DNA from: a virus
Virus record (IMG/VR): IMGVR_UViG_3300036760_000689
Location: 32,001 to 96,000 of that record
DNA: 64,000 bases
Reading direction: 5' to 3' (one strand)
A program made the translations under genes and the position numbers. A model generated the notes under the pieces. The model did no database searches. It worked only from the letters and a program-made list of their open reading frames with translations, and was not told the DNA's origin. Positions 56,242 to 64,000 of the stretch are shown piece after piece. Position 1 is the stretch's first letter. Each line of letters begins with the position of its first letter.

Positions 56242-56631
56242 CTATCTCCTCGGTTTATTTCCCCTTAAGGTGGGATTTGCGGCGATCGCTTGCCGTACAA
56301 GAGTCTCAACATTGGCCGCGCAATCGTGCGCTTTATCGTAATCCTTCTTCAGATACCTCATGAGGGTATATTCATAGATCTCGTGCATCATGTTGATGCC
56401 CTGATCGATCTCATTGCGCATATCCTCGACCCAGATTTCATCTTTAGGGATCCAGGAATAGACGTAACCGTGGCCACCTTCGACATAATCGACAAAATAT
56501 TTCTCTCGAACATGGGGGCCATCGACAATGAAGATCTGTGTCCCATCCCAGAGTTTTCCCCAAAGTTTCTTCCAGTTCTTACTTTTTCCTTCGTAGAATC
56601 TGATGACAGGCCCCATGGATGCCATTTCCAT
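56242..56631 (-). CDS. Hypothetical protein with HExxE...H metal-binding-like motif
   Basis: MMHEIYEYTLM...YDKAH. Confidence 0.6.
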   Translation of the reverse strand: MEMASMGPVIRFYEGKSKNWKKLWGKLWDGTQIFIVDGPHVREKYFVDYVEGGHGYVYSWIPKDEIWVEDMRNEIDQGINMMHEIYEYTLMRYLKKDYDKAHDCAANVETLVRQAIAANPTLRGNKPRR

Positions 56632-56634
56632 CTC

Positions 56635-58503
56635 CTACGATACTAGTTGAGAGCTTGCTGGTGTCATAGGAGCCGTGGCAGGCATCCCTATTCCGCCACC
56701 GCCCTGTGCGGCCATTTTCTGTTTGACGATGTTGATGAGAATCTCTCTTCCTTCCTGCTCCAGATTCTTGCGAACACTATCCTTCATGCTACCCAGATCT
56801 AGGGCTTCGAGCGTATTGTCTCGGTCAAAATCACCGCGACCGCGAAGACCCAAAATGAGTTGCTGTTGTTGCAACCGACTGGATTTGAGAAGCGAACCTG
56901 GCTGAACCATGAATTGGAATGAGCGCCAGTGCTCTTCAGGTGGTGTTCCTGCTGGGACCATCGTACCAGGATTCCAGTCAAAATCCTCCCACGTCATGCC
57001 ATCGGATCCCAGCATAATGATTCGACGTTGAAGACTATAAAACTGAAAAACATCCGCCATCATCTGTTGGCCTATTTCCTTCAGGAATCCTTCGATATAT
57101 CTCACCTTGAGGCGAACTAGGGTTTGCTGTCCTTCTTTCATCTGCTCCAGGGTATCGGCGGCGGGGATAATCCCTTTGCGACTGACCGCGCCGAGATCCA
57201 CGAATCCAGCTTGAGAATCCATTTCCTGCTGGACATAAAGCATAACCTGAAACACAAAGCCGGGAAGTTGAGGGGCTGGAGCATATTGTGGGGGCGCAAT
57301 CGATGCCGGGGAATAGAATACTTTGGCTCCGGGCATGTTCGGATCCAGGTTTTTTCTAGCGGCAGGACCAAGTGCATTGTCGGGCATGATAATGGGTGGA
57401 TTGACGGCTTTTTTGACTGCATCCAGGATCCCGGCAAGAATATTATTCATCGTATCCTGGAGCGGGATCTGGTTACGAAACTCGCTGACTCCGGGCCATT
57501 GCCATGGCACTCGATTTAGTCTCAGGGCGGCGAATGGGAAACAACCATGATAGAATGGGTTGGGGCCATCATACAGAACGATTGGGCCACCCATGCAGAT
57601 GAGTCGCCCTCTCGGATACAACTTTTTCCCCGGTGCGACCACATATCCATGTTCTGTAACGACATCGCCCACAAAGACATCGGCATTTGAAGTGTTTTTT
57701 TGGTTATCCCTTAGCCAGAATTCTCGGTACAGGGACATCGGAATCACTGAATCCCGAAATTGCGAGGCCGACTGCCCAAAAAGTCGTTTCATTTGCGGGG
57801 AAAGAATTTGCCAAGCCCTCCCAAACATGCCCTGCCCAGCATTGCTTGCGGATGACTGAAATTGGGAATATTCCCTATCCGCTGGTACGGCAAATCCTTT
57901 GGTAGGATATTTTTCCTGAAACCATGCCAATGGTTTGGGTGAACGATAAATCACGCCGAGGGATCGTTGGAGAGTATGGCTTGGCCGGATCGGAATCACA
58001 TCCATAGCCCCACAGGATGTAAATTCGATCTCTCCCTCCCCATTTTTCAGATCTGGATTCCAGACGAGTCTGCCATATCCGATCGTAAGGGCAGCGTGGA
58101 TAATGATCATGGCTAAGGTCATATCCACGTCCTCATTAAAAAACCATGCCCGAATCACCTTGTTCAGGACCTTGGCATGATCGTCGAAATTTTTGTTGGT
58201 GGCTTTGACTTCGAACGATTGTCTGATATCGGTTAGATAGGACACCAACTGAATCAGATTGGTCCAGATCCTGTTGGAAACGGGCGCAGCCTTGTAGCTG
58301 GGACGCCTCTCTGTCCATTGTCGGCCCATCAGGTAGTTGATATATCGATCCAATTGAACAATATCTTCATACCGCTCCAGTTCATCCTTGGCTTCTTCAA
58401 AGACAGCCTGACACCATGATGAGACCTGCTTGTCGTGGTCGGATTGTTGCATGGAACGATCCATGCCACCAGAATCGTAACTATACCAACCTGGGAGGTT
58501 CAT
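56635..58503 (-). CDS. Portal protein (P22-like)
   Basis: YLMGRQW, SNRI, YPRGRLI, NPFYHGCFPF, PLQDTMN; lies between terminase and scaffold. Confidence 0.9.
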   Translation of the reverse strand: MNLPGWYSYDSGGMDRSMQQSDHDKQVSSWCQAVFEEAKDELERYEDIVQLDRYINYLMGRQWTERRPSYKAAPVSNRIWTNLIQLVSYLTDIRQSFEVKATNKNFDDHAKVLNKVIRAWFFNEDVDMTLAMIIIHAALTIGYGRLVWNPDLKNGEGEIEFTSCGAMDVIPIRPSHTLQRSLGVIYRSPKPLAWFQEKYPTKGFAVPADREYSQFQSSASNAGQGMFGRAWQILSPQMKRLFGQSASQFRDSVIPMSLYREFWLRDNQKNTSNADVFVGDVVTEHGYVVAPGKKLYPRGRLICMGGPIVLYDGPNPFYHGCFPFAALRLNRVPWQWPGVSEFRNQIPLQDTMNNILAGILDAVKKAVNPPIIMPDNALGPAARKNLDPNMPGAKVFYSPASIAPPQYAPAPQLPGFVFQVMLYVQQEMDSQAGFVDLGAVSRKGIIPAADTLEQMKEGQQTLVRLKVRYIEGFLKEIGQQMMADVFQFYSLQRRIIMLGSDGMTWEDFDWNPGTMVPAGTPPEEHWRSFQFMVQPGSLLKSSRLQQQQLILGLRGRGDFDRDNTLEALDLGSMKDSVRKNLEQEGREILINIVKQKMAAQGGGGIGMPATAPMTPASSQLVS

Positions 58504-58518
58504 AGGAGTTCCTCAGGA

Positions 58519-58542
58519 ACAGACTAACACGAGGTTGTCAAG
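58519..58542 (-). promoter_or_regulatory. Conserved intergenic motif CTTGACAA-N5-TGyTAGkCTGT (copy 1) upstream of the portal
   Basis: CTTGACAACCTCGTGTTAGTCTGT, ending 15 nt before the portal ATG. Confidence 0.55.
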
Positions 58543-58552
58543 TACCCCGGTC

Positions 58553-58840
58553 CTAAAAGGTCGTTTGAGGCGGTCGGAAGTCGGCATCCACCATCTTGAC
58601 CTTGTGTTCGGCTTCAAGTTGCCGAAGCTGACTTGAACTTTTGACTGTGACAGGTTCTCCCCCCGGAAGGATATTTCTGGTGCTAAAGACCGGAAACATT
58701 TTTAGGGCGCTCAGAGAATAGATGCGATCGCCCAACTCCCCATCCTGGGGACATTCTTCGGTCACGATTTCGTTGGGTCGGGAGCAATAGACCTCAAAAA
58801 TGCCCTTGCACTTCCGGCACTGGTATTCATAAATTGGCAT
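58553..58840 (-). CDS. FmdB-like zinc-ribbon protein
   Basis: MPIYEYQCRKCKGIFE...CP. Confidence 0.8.
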   Translation of the reverse strand: MPIYEYQCRKCKGIFEVYCSRPNEIVTEECPQDGELGDRIYSLSALKMFPVFSTRNILPGGEPVTVKSSSQLRQLEAEHKVKMVDADFRPPQTTF

Positions 58841-58862
58841 ATTTCCTCCGGGATCGGGGAAA

Positions 58863-59108
58863 CTAGAACTTCATTCTGGTCATTGGAAAACGTTGCCCAG
58901 TTCTGACCGCCCTCTTGATGAATTTGCGTTCGTGATAATTCGGCGTTCCCGCTGTGAGCACAATGGTTTGGATGCGGGTTCGCCCCTTGCGCTTCCCTTG
59001 AAAGGTGGCCTTAACGGTCTCAAGGGGATTGATATATTTGACAGCATGTTTTGCCCCACGCATAACCACCTCAATAACGTCGGTAACTGCTTTCATAGAA
59101 ATTGCCAT
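58863..59108 (-). CDS. Hypothetical basic protein
   Basis: SD AAGGAG; intact ORF. Confidence 0.55.
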   Translation of the reverse strand: MAISMKAVTDVIEVVMRGAKHAVKYINPLETVKATFQGKRKGRTRIQTIVLTAGTPNYHERKFIKRAVRTGQRFPMTRMKF

Positions 59109-59251
59109 TGGCCATCTCCTTCAGTAATAATTTCTGTTGGATTGCCCTTTGTGATAGCACAAAGGAAGCATTTGCCAGATTGCGAGGACGGACTTTTGTC
59201 CATTCCGACTCCGGCATTGCATAAACCTATAACCATGCAAGAGATTGCGCG

Positions 59252-59974
59252 TTAGTAGAACCACATATCATCCAAACCTTGTTCAATACGTGAATTGAGA
59301 TATCGGATCATATCCAGACCGTTGGATTCGGCGAGGTCCTGTATCGGTCCAACGTGTCGCTCGGGGATGATGACCTGTACCAAGACATCTCCGCCGATTT
59401 TTCTTATTCCAGTCGCCAGAGTTTTTGCCGTTTCTGCACGTGTGCGCAGTTCCCGTTCATCCGCGAGTTGCATGTTTAAAGAACATACGGCCCCGAATAG
59501 TGTTGCAGAATCGGTGAAATGACCGAGAATGGAAGTAAGTCGGGCGAAATCGACAGGACCAATAACGATATTCTTTGTCCCTACTGGGATAGGAACTGTC
59601 AGATCGAGGACAGGTGGGGGAGATTCCAGAGGATGGATCTCAGTCTGCTGTGTTGTGGCTTCGACAACTGTGAGATCATGATCTGGAACATCTGATGCTT
59701 TTTCTGCAAGTTGAACCGGCTGCGCGACAGTCTTTGACCCGAGAAGTGATCCAGGTTGAATCTTGAACGGAAACTGCATTCCCGACTCTCGTCTTTTGGC
59801 GGATACTTCCACCATTAAATTTGAGAGTTGTTCGCGGTCGGCAAATTCATGACCCCGATTGCAGAAATGTGAAAACTTGCCCGTTTGATATTGCAACGAT
59901 TCATTTACGTTATCATTCAGAAAACACAAGGGACACAGGTCGGCTGGACGTTCTTTTTTCGATAAATTTGGCAT
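59252..59974 (-). CDS. Hypothetical protein with N-terminal Zn ribbon
   Basis: CPLC...CNRGH; SD GGGAG. Confidence 0.6.
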   Translation of the reverse strand: MPNLSKKERPADLCPLCFLNDNVNESLQYQTGKFSHFCNRGHEFADREQLSNLMVEVSAKRRESGMQFPFKIQPGSLLGSKTVAQPVQLAEKASDVPDHDLTVVEATTQQTEIHPLESPPPVLDLTVPIPVGTKNIVIGPVDFARLTSILGHFTDSATLFGAVCSLNMQLADERELRTRAETAKTLATGIRKIGGDVLVQVIIPERHVGPIQDLAESNGLDMIRYLNSRIEQGLDDMWFY

Positions 59975-59983
59975 GGCATCTCC

Positions 59984-61873
59984 CTAAAGTTGATCGAAAG
60001 GGATATCTCCTTCTCTGTTTTGCATGAGATCATCCCTATCATAAATCATTGAATATTCAGTGTTTTGGAAATCGTGGTCTTTAGGGGGTTCCTCTTCTTT
60101 GAGTTCTCCAACCGATCTCGGACGTAATTGGGTCGCGCAGTAATAGCAGATCATATGCGCCATCACAGCATCATCATGTTCCGCACCGCTATACCGTTCA
60201 GTTCCTTCCTCTTCCTCAACAAAATCGAACATCTCATCGATATCGTCTTCGCATCTGATGATAACTGTCCATTCGTCAAGGGCTTCCCGGAAACGTCCTA
60301 TCAGTTCGTTTTTGTTTCTGAAAGTAGTCTGCCAACCGATCCAATTTGAATAAGCATTTCTGGCTTTGTCCTCGCGCATCCACCGATACCACCTCGGATA
60401 CATGAGAACCTTGACCAAATCGGAAGCAACCGTAGTGATCGTATTGCATTCCGGGGCGATCTCAGCCGTGTTGTAATGGAAACCGAGAGCCGCCAGAATG
60501 CGTGCGAACTGGGTCGGCGGTGAATATCCATGCCATCGCGCTACCTGCCTAAGTGGTTGATTGATGTCCTCGGGAATCAGGTAGACTTGGGCGCAACATG
60601 GGTCGCCGTTTTCGATGCCCATAGAGGGATCGCCGGATATGTAATATTTCAGTTTCTGCCGTGGAGATTCCCAAATCCTCAACTTGCCGCCCTCCTGTCG
60701 CGTCAATTTGGGAGTGAGATTATTTTCCTCTAGACGGATCTCGCCAGTCCACTTCGGCGGTCGGCAGAAGTAGTTGATCATCTCGTTCAGACGGCGTTTG
60801 CTGAAGGCACATCGGCCAGAGGCAACGAAGGCCTCTGCCGGCGTAAAGGGAAATTCCTGGGAAAATTTCTCCGCATCACCATCCGTCGCCTCAAATTCTG
60901 CCATCTTTTCCCGTCGCCATGCCATTTGTCCATCGGTGAGATTGATCTTGAGTTGTTCTTCTGCCTTCCGAATGATGGCATCTTCCTCGTTGGTCTTTGA
61001 AAAGTTGGCAGGCACCGCAATGGAATATCCCGGTTCGCGGAACCATTCAACGAAAACGAACTTCCAACCTAACGTTCCTTTTTCAGCCGCGCGACAGAGG
61101 CGAAACCATGTGCTACGACGGCCACGGGCCGTTGACTCCATGATTCCAATGGAATGCTTGTAATTGACGAGCGATCCGAAAATTCCCTCAGTGATTGCGT
61201 TGGAGTTGCCATATCGAGCGACTTCTGCGAGATGTGCGCCATAGAGGGATTTGGAATAGGCGGCACCACCTGGCTGTTTGGCCGACTCAAAATAGATGAC
61301 GGATTGCATGCCGAGACTATAATCCCGGTCGATTTCTTTGGCTCGGTCGAATCCAAGAACAGCACTGCGGACATCATATCGTTTCTCGGGTTGCATCCAC
61401 CAACAGAGGTTCTCATAGGCAATCCGAGCCATAGCGAAATTCACATCCACACGAGTGTCCTCGTCCGACATCGAAAGAACATGCATGTAGGGATGGAGAA
61501 ATGCCAACCAACACATCAGGGCCACCGAGATTGTGGTCAATCCGAGCTGTCGCGCCTTGAGAACAATGAGACGGATGGGTTCATTGGCATTAAATTGGGC
61601 CATAAAGTTGGCGAGAAAGATCTCCTGACTATCCCAGAATGGATAGAAAGGTTGCGGCATAGCCTTTTTGGCGCGGATGAAGAAATAATTCTCGAGGAAA
61701 TAACGAGGATTCTTCAGACAGCGGTTGACCTCTCGAGCCACAAACTGCAGTTCAAAGTCGGTAAGCGAGGCCCAAGTTCTGACCGCATCACCGCCGCATT
61801 CAACGTATTTTGCGTTGAGTTGGGCGATCGGTTCGATGATGTCCTTGTTCTTGCGCGGAAGCGATATTAGCAA
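59984..61873 (-). CDS. terL: Terminase large subunit
   Basis: Walker A LKARQLGLTT, Walker B HLAEVA, ESTARG coupling motif, nuclease motifs SGDPSMG and HDDAVMA. Confidence 0.93.
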   Translation of the reverse strand: MLISLPRKNKDIIEPIAQLNAKYVECGGDAVRTWASLTDFELQFVAREVNRCLKNPRYFLENYFFIRAKKAMPQPFYPFWDSQEIFLANFMAQFNANEPIRLIVLKARQLGLTTISVALMCWLAFLHPYMHVLSMSDEDTRVDVNFAMARIAYENLCWWMQPEKRYDVRSAVLGFDRAKEIDRDYSLGMQSVIYFESAKQPGGAAYSKSLYGAHLAEVARYGNSNAITEGIFGSLVNYKHSIGIMESTARGRRSTWFRLCRAAEKGTLGWKFVFVEWFREPGYSIAVPANFSKTNEEDAIIRKAEEQLKINLTDGQMAWRREKMAEFEATDGDAEKFSQEFPFTPAEAFVASGRCAFSKRRLNEMINYFCRPPKWTGEIRLEENNLTPKLTRQEGGKLRIWESPRQKLKYYISGDPSMGIENGDPCCAQVYLIPEDINQPLRQVARWHGYSPPTQFARILAALGFHYNTAEIAPECNTITTVASDLVKVLMYPRWYRWMREDKARNAYSNWIGWQTTFRNKNELIGRFREALDEWTVIIRCEDDIDEMFDFVEEEEGTERYSGAEHDDAVMAHMICYYCATQLRPRSVGELKEEEPPKDHDFQNTEYSMIYDRDDLMQNREGDIPFDQL

Positions 61874-61892
61874 CTATCGAATCGCATATTCC

Positions 61893-62390
61893 TCACCCAA
61901 GGTTAGCAATATTTCCCGATGGTTTTTCCTTGGCCAGTTCAGTCCTTATGAAAGCATCAAGTTCTTTTTCGGTCATTGAGGAATCGTCGAACATACCCTG
62001 ACGGCGTAGGGTTTCGACCTGTTCTTGAATGAACATCTCCTCATCCGAATAGGGTTGGAAATCTCCCTCTGTCGGAGCCATTCTCTTGGCAATGAAGTCC
62101 CGTAATCTTTCGCCGAGAACTGGACCTGCGCTCTGTGCGACCTGTGCTGTCAGTTTGGTGTGCTGTTCCGCCAGTTTGGCGGACTCTCCCACGAGATTGC
62201 CCTGGGCCTGCAATTCGCGTAATATCGAGATGTCCAACGTTAGAATCGTGGAGAGGAACTTGAAGGAGACATAGATTATGGATGAGAGGCCAAGCAGAAA
62301 CAATCCGCCTGCAGCAAGTAGTGCTGTAACCATCCAAGGCGTTATATCCACCATTGGCAACGAGGGAAAAGCCTCAACCCAGCGTGTCAT
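61893..62390 (-). CDS. Hypothetical membrane protein
   Basis: N-terminal TM; TATAAT 6 nt before the ATG (possibly leaderless). Confidence 0.55.
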   Translation of the reverse strand: MTRWVEAFPSLPMVDITPWMVTALLAAGGLFLLGLSSIIYVSFKFLSTILTLDISILRELQAQGNLVGESAKLAEQHTKLTAQVAQSAGPVLGERLRDFIAKRMAPTEGDFQPYSDEEMFIQEQVETLRRQGMFDDSSMTEKELDAFIRTELAKEKPSGNIANLG

Positions 62391-62414
62391 GGCGGTATTA
62401 TACTCGGAAATCGC

Positions 62415-62705
62415 CTATTGCAATGGATTTTTTGGTTGTAGGTAATCGATGGGTTTCAGATCGGTCTGCCAGGGATCTCCTGCCACGATTTCGATTTGAG
62501 CCAGATATCCTGCAGATCCGTAGTACAAATTGATCCAACCTCCTTCCAAAACAAGACTCCCTTCATGTTTTTTCAGAGGTCCAGGATTTGGAACAAATCG
62601 GAGAAAAAGACTGTTTTCCACCGTAATCTTCCCAGTTTCTGCCTCAGTGACAGTGGGATTCTCTGGCGGTCCCTTCTTTGTTATTCTATCGAAACTTATG
62701 ATCAT
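62415..62705 (-). CDS. Hypothetical protein
   Basis: SD GGAG; intact ORF. Confidence 0.5.
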   Translation of the reverse strand: MIISFDRITKKGPPENPTVTEAETGKITVENSLFLRFVPNPGPLKKHEGSLVLEGGWINLYYGSAGYLAQIEIVAGDPWQTDLKPIDYLQPKNPLQ

Positions 62706-62720
62706 GGATTCTCCACAAAC

Positions 62721-62752
62721 GGATCGGTCCGATCCGAAGATCGGACCAATCC
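62721..62752 (-). terminator. 14-bp hairpin with cUUCGg tetraloop (terminator or processing site)
   Basis: GGATTGGTCCGATC-TTCG-GATCGGACCGATCC followed by GTTTGT. Confidence 0.7.
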
Positions 62753-62789
62753 GCGCAGAAAACTGCTTCCTGCGGATTTCCCCTCTGAG

Positions 62790-63098
62790 TCACTCAGGCT
62801 CAAGTTGCTTTTCCAGTTCCTTGATCTTGGCCTCGATCTCCTTGCGCCTCTCGGTCGCGGGTTTCAAGGACTCAAGATGGGCCTTGTGTTCCCGGAGTTC
62901 CTTCTCGATCCGATCCTGCTGGCGAGTATGAATTTCCCTACGCAGTTCCCGCAATCTGGGAGCCAGCCATTCAGGCTCCTCGGCGTTCAGTTTATCGCAT
63001 TCGGACTGAACGGACCTTCCAAGGGCAGATAGGGCGACCATCTCCGCATAATCGGCTCGATCCTTGTCAAAGTTCTTCAGGATATCAATCAACGGCAT
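62790..63098 (-). CDS. Coiled-coil hypothetical protein coupled to the vWA gene
   Basis: SD AGGAGGT; start moved to MPLIDILK. Confidence 0.65.
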   Translation of the reverse strand: MPLIDILKNFDKDRADYAEMVALSALGRSVQSECDKLNAEEPEWLAPRLRELRREIHTRQQDRIEKELREHKAHLESLKPATERRKEIEAKIKELEKQLEPE

Positions 63099-64000
63099 TG
63101 ACCACCTCCTTTCCCACAAACGTATCCTTCAGGGTAAGCAACGGCGTTGCGAAGATTTCATCGATCAGACTATATCGATTTGCGCGCATAGTCGTCACCA
63201 AGTTAGGCAGACTGTAGTAATCCACGCCCTTCGTTAGGTCAAACACCTGAATGTCAAGGTTCTCTTCCTTCATCTGTCCCGGCAGGAACCTGTCAGCATG
63301 TCCCACCATACTCGCATGGCAATGGTAGAAATAGACTGGAATCTGTTTTCCTGTCGCGCTCACGAGTGCCTTATATTGATCTATAAACAAAGGCGGAGTG
63401 TTCTCTAGGCCATCAGACACAATGGCAATCCCGTCGATTTCCACCTTGCGTTCGACCGCAGCCAACAACCCGCATCCGACCGAAGTCGCCCCGTTAGCAT
63501 TGACACTCTTGGTTATCCCTAGAAGTTCCTCATAGGTTTTCCCCGTCGCATCAATGAATCGCGGCGTGGCATCGAAGAACACCAGGGCCACGGTTCCCGT
63601 GACGTACTTTGCCAAGGTCGCAGCGACATTCCGCGAGATCTCGATCGCGTTCTCCATGGATCCAGACTTGTCTCCAAGCACAAGCCAGTTTCCTTCGATC
63701 CCTTTGGAGGCCATGATCTGCTTCTCCTGAGTGGCCGCGAGTTTGGCTTTCAGGGCCACATCAGTCTGAGCCTCTGAAGCGCGAGTGGTCTTCAAGGTCG
63801 CCTTTTTAGAACTGGCCACCTTCTCCAACGCCTGTTCATAAGCGGCACGAAGCGCTGGAACGGTCTTCACACCCAGTTTTTCAAGCATCTTGGTATTGGT
63901 CACCAGTTCCGTGGGAGTCATCTGTCCAATCAGAGCCAGGACCAAATCCGACTCCTTGGCCTTCGCTCCGAGGGCACCCATTGCGATCAGGAAAGGGATC
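63085..64000 (-). CDS. vWA-domain protein (TROVE/Ro60-like architecture), 5'-truncated by the window edge
   Basis: Frame open to the window end; helical region followed by MIDAS DKSGSM, GATS and IVSDGLEN. Confidence 0.75.
   Translation of the reverse strand, partial: IPFLIAMGALGAKAKESDLVLALIGQMTPTELVTNTKMLEKLGVKTVPALRAAYEQALEKVASSKKATLKTTRASEAQTDVALKAKLAATQEKQIMASKGIEGNWLVLGDKSGSMENAIEISRNVAATLAKYVTGTVALVFFDATPRFIDATGKTYEELLGITKSVNANGATSVGCGLLAAVERKVEIDGIAIVSDGLENTPPLFIDQYKALVSATGKQIPVYFYHCHASMVGHADRFLPGQMKEENLDIQVFDLTKGVDYYSLPNLVTTMRANRYSLIDEIFATPLLTLKDTFVGKEVVNAVD

Noticed and set aside
1-64000. tRNA/rRNA genes, integrase/att sites, alternative genetic code
   Set aside because: None were recognised. 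Genes are long and tightly packed under the standard code, with TAA, TAG and TGA all used as stops.

Overview
The whole window is bacteriophage DNA with no host genes, almost all on the minus strand. It covers the packaging, head, tail, ejection and lysis region of a podovirus-like phage: no tape-measure or tail-tube/sheath gene was recognised, and the order is adaptor, nozzle, GNAT, then ejection proteins. In transcription order (right to left): a partial vWA (TROVE/Ro60-like) gene, terminase large subunit, portal, a displaced tail-fibre module, a cluster of small basic proteins, scaffold, and a major capsid gene split by a 742-nt group I intron that carries a LAGLIDADG endonuclease. Next come five paralogous decoration genes, adaptors, a GT2 glycosyltransferase, three paralogous ~760-aa tail proteins, a 2038-aa nozzle with ~12 tandem C-terminal domains, and fibres. 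Last come ejection proteins including a 4529-aa DarB-like polyvalent protein, then endolysin and holin. The ORF track misses several things at the left end: a partial gene (1811 to <1) containing a 339-aa LAGLIDADG intein, two small membrane peptides, and a solitary type I-C-like CRISPR repeat followed by a spacer-length segment and a terminator. Eight homing-endonuclease-type elements or remnants are present. All functional calls come from reading motifs by eye; no database searches were run.
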